Positions 55,853-64,000 of a stretch of 64,000 nt of DNA are shown in pieces. Source of the DNA: Gemmatimonadota bacterium (GTDB taxonomy: Bacteria; Gemmatimonadota; Gemmatimonadetes; Gemmatimonadales; GWC2-71-9); the NCBI GenBank assembly GCA_039589615.1, contig JBDHHA010000001.1, positions 63,435-127,434 of the forward strand, given 5' to 3'. The position numbers and the translations under genes are program-made. Each line of letters starts with the position of its first letter. Position 1 is the first letter of the stretch. The notes beneath the pieces are model-generated. The model worked only from the letters and a program-made list of their open reading frames with translations. It did no database searches and had not been told where the DNA came from.

Positions 55853-56749
55853 ATGACTTCGCAGAATGCCGCCTCAGACTCCCCCACGCCCCTGGATGGA
55901 AGCCAGGTGCTGAAGGATGACCAGGTCGACGTGTTCGGCCTGACGCACCCGGGCAAGGTCCGCAAAGTCAATCAGGACCACTTCATGATCTGCTCCCTGC
56001 ACAAGCACATGAAAGTCCACTTCACCAGCCTGCCGGACGACGACGCCATTCCGTTAGAGGATGAGCGGCTGGCCTATCTGGGCATGGTGGCCGACGGTGT
56101 GGGAAGCGGAGCCGGTGGTGAGGAGGCGAGCCGCCTCGCGATACAGACGGTGGCGGGTTACATGACCCACACCATGCGGTGCTACTACACCGCCGATGCC
56201 ACGGACGAGCAGGCGTTCTCCGATGCGTTGCAGGACGCCGCGATGCGGTGCCACGAAACCGTGGTGCAGACGGCAGAGGTAGACCCGGATCGCCGTGGGA
56301 TGGCAACGACGCTCACGGTGATCATCACCGTGTGGCCCATCTCCTATTTGCTACAGGTCGGCGACAGCAGGTGCTATCTCTTTCGAGATGGCAAGCTGAG
56401 CCAGATCACCAGGGACCAAACAATGGCGCAAGAGCTGGTCGATCAAGGAGTGCTCACCAGGACGGACGCCGACAACACGAGGTGGGCCCACGTGCTCTCC
56501 AGCGCCATAGGTGGCCAGCAGACGGCGCCCGTCGTCACGCGCATCGACCGAAAGTGGGATGATGTCGTGCTCATCTGCAGTGACGGTCTCACGAAGCACG
56601 TGCCGAACGAGCACATCCGGGAGCGATTGGGGGCAATGACGTCTGCGAAGCAGGTGTGCGAGGACCTCCTGCAGGAAGCCCTCGACGACGGCGGGAGCGA
56701 CAACATCACGATTCTCGTCGGCAGGAAAACGCCGAAGGCCCAGGCGTAA
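55853..56749 (+). CDS. PP2C-family Ser/Thr protein phosphatase
   Basis: GKVRKVNQDHF, VADGVGSGAGGEEAS, VGDSRCY, CSDGLT and GGSDNITILV motifs. Confidence 0.8.
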   Translation: MTSQNAASDSPTPLDGSQVLKDDQVDVFGLTHPGKVRKVNQDHFMICSLHKHMKVHFTSLPDDDAIPLEDERLAYLGMVADGVGSGAGGEEASRLAIQTVAGYMTHTMRCYYTADATDEQAFSDALQDAAMRCHETVVQTAEVDPDRRGMATTLTVIITVWPISYLLQVGDSRCYLFRDGKLSQITRDQTMAQELVDQGVLTRTDADNTRWAHVLSSAIGGQQTAPVVTRIDRKWDDVVLICSDGLTKHVPNEHIRERLGAMTSAKQVCEDLLQEALDDGGSDNITILVGRKTPKAQA

Positions 56750-56756
56750 CCCCAAA

Positions 56757-59327
56757 TTATCGAAACACGCTGATTCGGTGCGTGGTGCGTCGATCCCCCG
56801 CCGGCAATGTCAAGGCAATTCTCGACACCCATCCGTCCCGCTCGACGAGCGAGGCGCCCTCGACGCGGCTGAACTGCTCACCGTGTAACCGCAGCTCGTA
56901 GGTGCGGCCCGCCACGCCCTCTACGTCCAGCGTCCACATGTCGTTCGCAAACGTGAAATCGACGATGCGGATCCCGTTGCTCGCCTGCCCGGGCTGGAGG
57001 GCAACCGACGGTGGCTCGACGTAAAGGCCGCCGTCCCAGTGGAGCTCGATGCGCGTCGGTGTCTCGGAGACACCGAAGGTGGCGCGATGACGGAACTCGC
57101 TCGACATCCTCGTGTCCTCCGGCATCTCCGTCCACCAAGTGTCTTGCACTCCCAAAGGAAAGGGAGCCGTGAACGCGAGTTGTATGGCAGGTCCGCGGGC
57201 CACGAACTCCGCGGCCAGGCGCCCCGCTTCCTGCTCGATGACGACGTCCAATGACGCGTCGCCCACCCGCAGGTTGCGTAGCCGAACCTCGTCCCACTGG
57301 GGCGGAAGTTGCGGAGTGAGTTTCGCATAGCGCGACGTAGCGTGTGGTTCCCAGCCCAGCATCCCCAACATCACCGGCGAGACGAGCATGGAGGTGGCGA
57401 AGAACTGATGGGGCACCGCCTGGTCGAGAGGCCGGTAGAACGCGCCCGACAGCAACTCGGGATGCCGGCCCCGGGCCCAGTCGAAGGTCATCTGCTTGAG
57501 GGCGTCGATGAGGGGGTACCCGGCCCACGGGCGATTGTAGTTGTACTGTCCCCAGCTCACAAAACCCGTCACGAAGGGCCACACTGCGCCCATGTTGTAC
57601 GCCATCGGGTCGTACAGCGGGCTGCCCGTGGACAGCATCCGGGCTCCCCAGTCCGAGCTGATGGCGTCGCCTGCGAGCTTGCGCAACGTGGACTTGGCTC
57701 GATCCTGTCTGAGGAGGCTGAACGCGGCGGCGGTGGCGGGCCACACGGTGAGGTTGTCGTTGGTGGTCCCGTCTCGGAGAATGCCGAAGGCGTGGTGCCC
57801 TTCGGCCTCCCGCCAGTAACGGTCATTGAGGGTCGCAACGGCGCGGCCGTAGAGAGCGATCGCGTCATCGGACAAACCCTCCTCGCCGACCACGCCGAGC
57901 AACTCCGGCATGGCCCCGAGCGCTTCAATCCAGACGGAAGCCAGGTAGATGTCCTGGTGGATCTGCGCTCCCAACGCGCCGACCTCGATGGCGCCCAACC
58001 CGCCAACCGTGTTCTCGATGATCCCGTCGCCGTCCGTTTCCGCCGTCAGACACCAGGCGAACGCCTTCTCGATGGCCGGCCACAGCTCCCGCACCAATTC
58101 GTCGTCGCCACTGGCCCGCCAGTAGCGCCACACGGCCACGATCCAGTAGGGCGTAGTGTCGGCGTGATAGTAGGCGTAGGGAAACTCGGTGAACCATGGG
58201 ATGCGGCCCGCGGCCTGGGAGATCTCGTGGGTGATCTTGCCGTCGTCCCGCTGGTAGCGTGCCAGGAACCGCAACTCCTGTGCGACTTGAGGCCAGAGGC
58301 CCGTGGCATCCATGGCGAAGGAGTTGATGGCCGCGTCGCCGCCGAAGAACCACCCGAACCCAGGCCGCGTGCTCGAGCCGGAGGTGCCCCATCCCGCCAC
58401 CAGTCCGCACCCCAGGTCGGGATTGCACACGAGCTGCTCGTCGAGGTTGATCTTGGACCATGCGAAGGCGAGATCCAACTCGTCGTCGGGCGTGTCGATG
58501 GAGGTTGTGCTCTCCAGAAGGCTGACGGCATGGGCCCGCCGCGCGTCGTAGATCTGCTCCGCTTCACCTATGAGTCGCCGGTAGACGTCCAACACCGAAT
58601 CCCGCGGGGCGATCCCCCCCGCGATGGCAATGGGCACGAATTCCCGGGCTGCCCGCTCCGCATCGACGGGGATGGTGAACGTGTTCGGCGCGTCGGGCAG
58701 CGCGTGGGCCGGGTGGGTGGACGCGGTCGCCGCCCACGGCGATCCGATTACCCCGTTCCGTTCTCGAAGACTCTCGGACAGGACGAAGGCCTTCTCCTGG
58801 TCGTTCCACGCGGTGTACTGCCCGCCGAATGCTCCCGGCCAGGCGTACTGGAAGACGGTCTTGAAGCTGACCACGATTTCGAGCGGGCGAAACGTTTCCA
58901 CGTCCAGCAGGACGAGCAGGCCCGCCTCGTCCAGCGGGGCCAGGATGTGCTGACGCACGGTGAACGTGGCGTGGGAGTAGGTGATCGTGGTGATCTCAGG
59001 GCGCACGTCCACCGTGCGGGCCACATCTGCTCCGCGTACTGGGTCGACGTAGTCGGGAATCTTGAAATCGAGCCGGAAGTCCGTGGCCAGCTTGAGTGGA
59101 TGCACCCACAACTCCGCCTCACCGGTCTCACTTCCCAGCCACGCGGCCGCCCGGCCCACCACCCCCAGGTACTGCTGGGGACGGACGTCAGCGGACAGGG
59201 TGAGGGGTGAATCGGTGATGGCAAACCTGGACACGGCTTGCCGTTGGGCGGCGGTTTCCCCGGCCGTGCCCATAAGGAGGAATAGGCAGAGGAGTGCCGG
59301 GGGTCCGGTTGGCAGTTGAATCTTCAT
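56757..59327 (-). CDS. Secreted (alpha/alpha)6-barrel glycoside hydrolase, amylo-alpha-1,6-glucosidase/GDE_C-like
   Basis: ATG 59327 with a signal peptide. GFGWFFGGDAAI and DGIIEN-type motifs of the six-hairpin glycosidase fold. 856 aa. Confidence 0.65.
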   Translation of the reverse strand: MKIQLPTGPPALLCLFLLMGTAGETAAQRQAVSRFAITDSPLTLSADVRPQQYLGVVGRAAAWLGSETGEAELWVHPLKLATDFRLDFKIPDYVDPVRGADVARTVDVRPEITTITYSHATFTVRQHILAPLDEAGLLVLLDVETFRPLEIVVSFKTVFQYAWPGAFGGQYTAWNDQEKAFVLSESLRERNGVIGSPWAATASTHPAHALPDAPNTFTIPVDAERAAREFVPIAIAGGIAPRDSVLDVYRRLIGEAEQIYDARRAHAVSLLESTTSIDTPDDELDLAFAWSKINLDEQLVCNPDLGCGLVAGWGTSGSSTRPGFGWFFGGDAAINSFAMDATGLWPQVAQELRFLARYQRDDGKITHEISQAAGRIPWFTEFPYAYYHADTTPYWIVAVWRYWRASGDDELVRELWPAIEKAFAWCLTAETDGDGIIENTVGGLGAIEVGALGAQIHQDIYLASVWIEALGAMPELLGVVGEEGLSDDAIALYGRAVATLNDRYWREAEGHHAFGILRDGTTNDNLTVWPATAAAFSLLRQDRAKSTLRKLAGDAISSDWGARMLSTGSPLYDPMAYNMGAVWPFVTGFVSWGQYNYNRPWAGYPLIDALKQMTFDWARGRHPELLSGAFYRPLDQAVPHQFFATSMLVSPVMLGMLGWEPHATSRYAKLTPQLPPQWDEVRLRNLRVGDASLDVVIEQEAGRLAAEFVARGPAIQLAFTAPFPLGVQDTWWTEMPEDTRMSSEFRHRATFGVSETPTRIELHWDGGLYVEPPSVALQPGQASNGIRIVDFTFANDMWTLDVEGVAGRTYELRLHGEQFSRVEGASLVERDGWVSRIALTLPAGDRRTTHRISVFR

Positions 59328-59450
59328 GCTGATAGACCTTGGAGGACCTGGTGCAATATCCCGTCTGATCCGAGATGCGTCCAGCGCCGGCGAACCGGGC
59401 ACGCCGCAGCTTGCGCGGCGCGGGGTCGGAGGCAGATTGGGAGACGAGCC

Positions 59451-61961
59451 ATGAAAGCGACGCTACTCCTCTCCGTCTCGGTGGTGCTGGCAGGATGTGC
59501 ACCGGCCCCGATCCTCGACAAGCAGGAGCTGCTGGACAGGCAGGACTGGTGGGACAACCAGGACTGGGAGTGGTATCGGGAGAAGATCCCCTTCTTCGAA
59601 TCCCCTGACCCGGACATCGACGCCACCTACTACTACCGGTGGGAAGTTCTCACCAAACACCTCGTGTACGGGTCTCCTGAGACGGGCTACACGTTCACGG
59701 AATTCATCGACCGCCCGTTCTGGTCGGGGACCTATGGCGCCATCAGTTGTCCCTTGGGGCACCAGTTCTACGAGGTGCGCTGGCTCAAGGACCGTCGCAT
59801 CATCGATGACTTCGCCCGCTACTGGTTCGAGACGCCGGGCGCTGAGCCACGGAGTTACAGCAACTGGTACGGTGACGCCATGTGGGCGACGTACACGGTG
59901 CTGTACGACGCGGAGTTCATCCGTACGGTGCTTCCCCACATGGAGACGCAGTACGCAGGCTGGATTGAGGAACATTGGGATCCCGAGCACCGCATGTTCC
60001 GGTGGGACGGCATGCACGATGGGATGGAGACCAACATCAATAGCCGGCAGACGGTAGACACCTTTGCCGGTGCGGAGGGGTACCGGCCCACCCTCAACAG
60101 CTACCTCTATGCCGACGCGGAGGCGATCTCCAAGGCCGCCGCACTCACCGGCGACTCGGAGACAGCGTTGACCTACGCGCACCGCGCCGCAGATCTCAAG
60201 CGCCGGGTGCAAGACGAACTGTGGGATGCCAGGAGGAATTTCTTCCTCCACCAGTTCGCCGCCGACGAGCTGGACGGAATCCGCGCCAAGACCCGCACAT
60301 ACGAGACCGGGAGGTACGCCGGCAACTCCCACGGGCGCGAGCTCATCGGGTACGTGCCGTGGCAGTTCAACCTGCCGGACGCCGGCTACGAAGCGGCGTG
60401 GCAGTACCTCATGGATCCCGAGTATTTTCACGCACCGTTCGGCCCCACCACCGTCGAGCAGAACGATCCCTTGTTCTACGTATCGCCCCGGTGCTGCGTG
60501 TGGAGTGGCAACGCGTGGCCTTACGCAACAACGCAGACCCTTGTGGCTCTCGCCAACCTCCTCAACAACTACGACCAGTCGTTCGTCGATGTGAATGATT
60601 ACGTGGCCCTGTTGCGGACCTACGCGATGAGCCACCGCATGAATGGCCTTCCGTACATCGCAGAGGCGGCCGATCCGGAAACCGGTTCGTGGGACGGTCA
60701 CAACACGTTTTACCACAGCGAGCACTACCTCCATTCGGGCTACGTCGATCTCATCATCACGGGGCTTGCAGGGTTGCGGCCCCGGGACGACGACACGGTC
60801 GAGGTCCATCCCCTGATCCCGGACGAGTGGGACTACTTCGCGTTGGACGACGTGTCGTACCATGGCCGCCGTCTTTCCATCGTGTGGGACCGGGACGGAA
60901 CGCGATATGGCAAGGGAGCGGGCCTCTCGGTGTTCGCCGACGGCCGGGTGATCGCCACCACGCCCACCGTGCGACGCGTGACCGTACCGCTCCCTCCGGG
61001 GGATGTGCGGGACACGGGTCCGCATCATGTGAACTTCGCCGTCAACAACCGGGGGTACTTCCCCCGTATTACCGCGTCCCACAGCGCGCCGGAAACGCCG
61101 CCGCTCTACGCTGTGGATGGGAACTCCTGGTATCACATGTCGCCGCCGAACCGGTGGACCGCAACAGGGTCCGGCAACGCGAGCGACTGGGTGGAGGTGG
61201 ATTTTGGAATCCCCCGCCGGGTGGAAACGGTGAAGCTCTACTTTCTGGATGACGGTGCAGGGATCGCTCCGCCGGAACGCTACGACGTGCAGATGTTCTA
61301 TGGCGGGCAGTGGGTGGGTATTCCTGCGCAACGCCGCTCACCGCGGACCCCGGCAGGGCGTCGTGCCAATGTGGTGTCCTTCGACATGATCGAGACGTCG
61401 AAGCTCCGGGCCGTCTTTACGCACCGCACGGGAGCGTTCACGGGACTGACGGAGATGGAAGCGTGGGGCCACGGCGAGCTCCCTCTGCCGCAGCCCACGG
61501 CGCCGGTGCACAATGTCGCCTTCAATGGGGGCGGTGAGGAATATCCCCGAGCCGCGGCGTCTTTCACCGCGCCCGTTGGAAGCATCGAGCAGGTGAACGA
61601 TCTGGAGTTTGGGTTCACCCGATACTCTCGCAACCGCTGGTCGGCCGCAGGCTCCCTCAATGCCGCCGATTGGGTGGAGATCGACTTCGGCGAACCCCAC
61701 ACCGTGGCAAGTCTCGAAATCTATTTGTATGGGGACGAAGAGCGTGGTGAGCGGGCGCCGCGGAGCTTCACGGTGCAATACTGGGTCGAGGGGGTGTGGA
61801 GGGACGCCTCGGTGGTGCGTCGTTATCCTCGTCGGCCGACGGCATCCGCGCGCAACACGGTGACGCTCCAGCCAGTCGAGACGAACAAGGTCAGAGTCGT
61901 ATTCGAGCACGACTTGCCGGGTTTCACCAGCGTGACCGAGTTGATGATATGGAAAGACTGA
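59451..61961 (+). CDS. Lipoprotein glycoside hydrolase (GH63/MGH1-like six-hairpin core) with two C-terminal F5/8-type-C (discoidin) domains
   Basis: Lipobox VLAGC. Core motif CCVWSGNAWPYATTQTL. Two C-terminal repeats each contain NRW(T/S)A.GS.NA.DWVE(V/I)DFG. Confidence 0.6.
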   Translation: MKATLLLSVSVVLAGCAPAPILDKQELLDRQDWWDNQDWEWYREKIPFFESPDPDIDATYYYRWEVLTKHLVYGSPETGYTFTEFIDRPFWSGTYGAISCPLGHQFYEVRWLKDRRIIDDFARYWFETPGAEPRSYSNWYGDAMWATYTVLYDAEFIRTVLPHMETQYAGWIEEHWDPEHRMFRWDGMHDGMETNINSRQTVDTFAGAEGYRPTLNSYLYADAEAISKAAALTGDSETALTYAHRAADLKRRVQDELWDARRNFFLHQFAADELDGIRAKTRTYETGRYAGNSHGRELIGYVPWQFNLPDAGYEAAWQYLMDPEYFHAPFGPTTVEQNDPLFYVSPRCCVWSGNAWPYATTQTLVALANLLNNYDQSFVDVNDYVALLRTYAMSHRMNGLPYIAEAADPETGSWDGHNTFYHSEHYLHSGYVDLIITGLAGLRPRDDDTVEVHPLIPDEWDYFALDDVSYHGRRLSIVWDRDGTRYGKGAGLSVFADGRVIATTPTVRRVTVPLPPGDVRDTGPHHVNFAVNNRGYFPRITASHSAPETPPLYAVDGNSWYHMSPPNRWTATGSGNASDWVEVDFGIPRRVETVKLYFLDDGAGIAPPERYDVQMFYGGQWVGIPAQRRSPRTPAGRRANVVSFDMIETSKLRAVFTHRTGAFTGLTEMEAWGHGELPLPQPTAPVHNVAFNGGGEEYPRAAASFTAPVGSIEQVNDLEFGFTRYSRNRWSAAGSLNAADWVEIDFGEPHTVASLEIYLYGDEERGERAPRSFTVQYWVEGVWRDASVVRRYPRRPTASARNTVTLQPVETNKVRVVFEHDLPGFTSVTELMIWKD

Positions 61962-63106
61962 GGTTGATTTTGCGGTTTGTTCTGGTGGCCCTGGTGGCTG
62001 CCATCGTGGGCTGCGCGGAGCAGGAGGGTCCCCCGCCCTCTGCCAATGTGTCGCGATCGCCGTTTGGGACGACGGAGAGTGGAGATTCGGTGGACGTCTT
62101 CACCATGGTCAACGCCAACGGCCTCGAGGTCCGAGCCACCAATTACGGCGGGATTATTCTCTCGCTCCGGGTGCCGGATCGCGAAGGAAACTTCGATGAC
62201 GTGGTGTTGGGCTACGACGACTTGGCGGCATACGAAGCTGATTCACCGTACTTCGGCGCCATCGTGGGTCGCTACGGAAACCGCATCGCCAACGGGCGGT
62301 TCACCCTCGACGGTACCACCTACGAGCTCGCCATCAACAACGGACCCAATCACCTGCACGGTGGTGTGAAGGGTTTCGACAAGGTCGTGTGGGAGGCTGA
62401 ATCCTTCGACACGCACGACGGCGTGAGCGTCGTCTTCAGCTATACCAGTGCGGACGGGGAGGAGGGGTATCCAGGTACCCTGGCGGCGCGGGTGACCTAT
62501 ATGCTCACGGATAGAGACGAGCTCGTCGTGGACTACCTCGGGACCACCGACAAGGCCACCCCTGTCAACTTGACACAACACACCTACTTCAACCTGGCGG
62601 GTGACGGACGGCGGGACGTGCTTGATCACGAATTGACCCTCAACGCTCAACATTACACGCCGGTGGATGAGACACTGATTCCCACCGGTGCGATCGCTCC
62701 CGTGGCCGGGACGCCTTTCGACTTCACGGCATCCACGGCCGTCGGCGCTCGCATCGGACGAGATGACGAGCAGCTTCGCGCCGGCGGGGGGTACGACCAC
62801 AACTTCGTCCTCGATCGGGGCGATGACTCCGGGTTGATCTTGGCCGCCCGCGTCGTCGAGCCGACGACGGGACGGGTGCTGGAAGTCCACACGACGGAGC
62901 CTGGGCTGCAGTTCTACTCCGGGAATTTCCTCGACGGCACGATCACCGGGAAATCAGGTCGGGTGTACGAACGCCGATACGGTTTCTGCCTCGAGACGCA
63001 GCACTTTCCGGATTCGCCCAACCAGGCCGCCTTCCCGTCGACCACGTTGCGGCCCGGGGAGGAGTATCGTTCGCGAACGGTCTTTGTGTTCGGCGTGGAC
63101 CGATAG
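61949..63106 (+). CDS. galM: Aldose 1-epimerase (galactose mutarotase), lipoprotein
   Basis: ATG 61949 overlaps the upstream gene by 13 nt. Lipobox IVGC. GRYGNRIANGRF, NHLHGG and the CLETQHFPDSPN motif. Confidence 0.85.
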   Translation: MERLRLILRFVLVALVAAIVGCAEQEGPPPSANVSRSPFGTTESGDSVDVFTMVNANGLEVRATNYGGIILSLRVPDREGNFDDVVLGYDDLAAYEADSPYFGAIVGRYGNRIANGRFTLDGTTYELAINNGPNHLHGGVKGFDKVVWEAESFDTHDGVSVVFSYTSADGEEGYPGTLAARVTYMLTDRDELVVDYLGTTDKATPVNLTQHTYFNLAGDGRRDVLDHELTLNAQHYTPVDETLIPTGAIAPVAGTPFDFTASTAVGARIGRDDEQLRAGGGYDHNFVLDRGDDSGLILAARVVEPTTGRVLEVHTTEPGLQFYSGNFLDGTITGKSGRVYERRYGFCLETQHFPDSPNQAAFPSTTLRPGEEYRSRTVFVFGVDR

Positions 63107-63172
63107 GGGACCTGGCAGAAGACTTGAAACGCCGCCATTTTGGACCATAGGCCTTTGCCGAGGCGCCACCGC

Positions 63173-64000
63173 ATGGTCAACCCATTCAAGCGATTCAGAG
63201 TCTGGCTCCACGGACCCCACTTTGTGGGTCCCGGGCGGGTCCGGGCCCTCTATTCGACTGCCGTCGGGATCGCCGTGGGGTTTTGGCTGGTCGATACGAC
63301 CGTGGACACGTTCGTGTTTCGCCAGGGCTCGTTTGTCGAGGTGCTGCTCTCGCCGAGCCCCGCCGAGCTGTGGATGCGGCTGATCGCGGTCTCCCTGCTC
63401 ATCGGGTTCGGCTTCTTTGCCCAACGCACGCTGACGAAGCTTCGGCTCGCCGAGAGCGCCGTCCGCCAGGCCCAAAAGCTGGAGGCCATGGGCCGCCTCG
63501 CCGGAGGCGTCGCCCACGATTTCAACAACGCGCTGACGGTGATCCACACCAATGCCGGCCTGATCGCCGCGGGCCTGCCCGCCGAGGCGGAGGGTCTCAG
63601 GGTCGACGCCGAAGAGATCCAGCACGCAGCCCTCCGTGGCGCCGCTCTGGTGAAGCGGCTGCTGGCGTTCAGCCGTCCGGAGGCGCTGGAGGTGCGCTCC
63701 ATAGATCTCAATCAACTAGTCGGCGGGGTGCAACCCACCTTGCAGCGGTTGCTTCCCGAGCACATCGACTTGCACGTCGAGCCCGACCACTCGAACCCCG
63801 TCATCGAGGCCGATCCGGCAGCGGTGGAACAGATCATCGTCAACCTCGCCACGAACGCTCGGGATGCCATGCCCAAAGGGGGAAAGCTGCGCATCGGCAC
63901 AGAGAGGGGAACACCTCTGCGAGAGCGGCATGGCGAGGGCAAGGAAGACCGCGAGTACGTCTGTCTTTCCGTGAGCGACACCGGCGTGGGGATGGACGTG
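63173..64000 (+). CDS. Sensor histidine kinase (5' partial, runs off the window end)
   Basis: This open-ended frame is not in the track. Two TM segments, an H-box LAGGVAHDFNN and an N-box NLATNARDAMP. It is still open at 64000. Confidence 0.8.
   Translation, partial: MVNPFKRFRVWLHGPHFVGPGRVRALYSTAVGIAVGFWLVDTTVDTFVFRQGSFVEVLLSPSPAELWMRLIAVSLLIGFGFFAQRTLTKLRLAESAVRQAQKLEAMGRLAGGVAHDFNNALTVIHTNAGLIAAGLPAEAEGLRVDAEEIQHAALRGAALVKRLLAFSRPEALEVRSIDLNQLVGGVQPTLQRLLPEHIDLHVEPDHSNPVIEADPAAVEQIIVNLATNARDAMPKGGKLRIGTERGTPLRERHGEGKEDREYVCLSVSDTGVGMDV

Noticed and set aside
57309-61331. 633-aa plus-strand ORF (57309-59210) and 622-aa minus-strand ORF (59463-61331)
   Set aside because: Both are antisense to the two glycoside hydrolase genes, which have clear signal peptides and six-hairpin motifs. 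Shadow ORFs.
1-64000. Search for CRISPR arrays, tRNA/rRNA genes, transposases or integrases, toxin-antitoxin pairs and phage genes
   Set aside because: I saw no spaced direct repeats, no T-loop (GGTTCGAATCC-like) motifs in the intergenic gaps, and no recombinase-like ORFs. The scan was by eye, so short or degenerate elements could have been missed.

Overview
This is a GC-rich, densely coded bacterial chromosomal window, with about 53 credible CDSs on both strands and very short intergenic gaps. Many genes touch or overlap at ATGA or GTGA start/stop junctions. The many signal-peptide and lipoprotein hydrolases and a Ser/Thr kinase with TPR repeats suggest a Gemmatimonadota-like or related Gram-negative organism, but that is inference only. 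I saw no rRNA, tRNA, CRISPR array, transposase or integrase, or prophage genes. Because of the high GC, the ORF track holds many long antisense or out-of-frame shadow ORFs. I called genes only where the translation shows recognisable family motifs or a clear signal peptide or membrane pattern. Gene content, in order:
- Periplasmic hydrolases (FAH family, M55, M14, M28).
- feoB with a Cys-rich feoA.
- An APC permease.
- An RND/MMPL exporter with a LolA-like protein and two outer-membrane barrels.
- An erythromycin-esterase-family protein.
- A compact orphan T2SS-F protein.
- An MBL hydrolase and a CPA1 antiporter.
- A cyclase and a divergent NRAMP-like transporter.
- A six-gene operon: TRAP binding protein, 4Fe-4S protein, Cys-rich protein, TPP-dependent E1 alpha and beta, and a serine hydrolase.
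- NfeD/SPFH and IorAB.
- An NSS transporter with a 32-codon MetS-like small subunit that the ORF track missed.
- A tightly coupled lipid-type operon (small membrane protein, UbiA prenyltransferase, DAG-kinase-like lipid kinase, PurM/ThiL-like ATPase), divergent from an SDR, a B12 radical SAM enzyme and a squalene/phytoene-synthase-like gene.
- A Ser/Thr kinase and a PP2C phosphatase.
- A catabolic-type reductive dehalogenase homologue next to a 2Fe-2S/molybdopterin oxidoreductase.
- A glycoside-hydrolase and mutarotase locus, then a partial histidine kinase.

The best-supported unusual observation is an in-frame TGA exactly at the first Cys of a thioredoxin-fold WCxxC motif (46863-46865). The same frame continues past it and a hairpin lies downstream, so this is probably a selenocysteine (UxxC) protein that the ORF caller split in two. 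The strongest candidates for an undescribed system are the prenyl-lipid supercluster (39186-46537) and the E2/E3-less E1 operon with Fe-S partners (26810-32441). All functional calls rest on reading motifs by eye, and no database search was possible.
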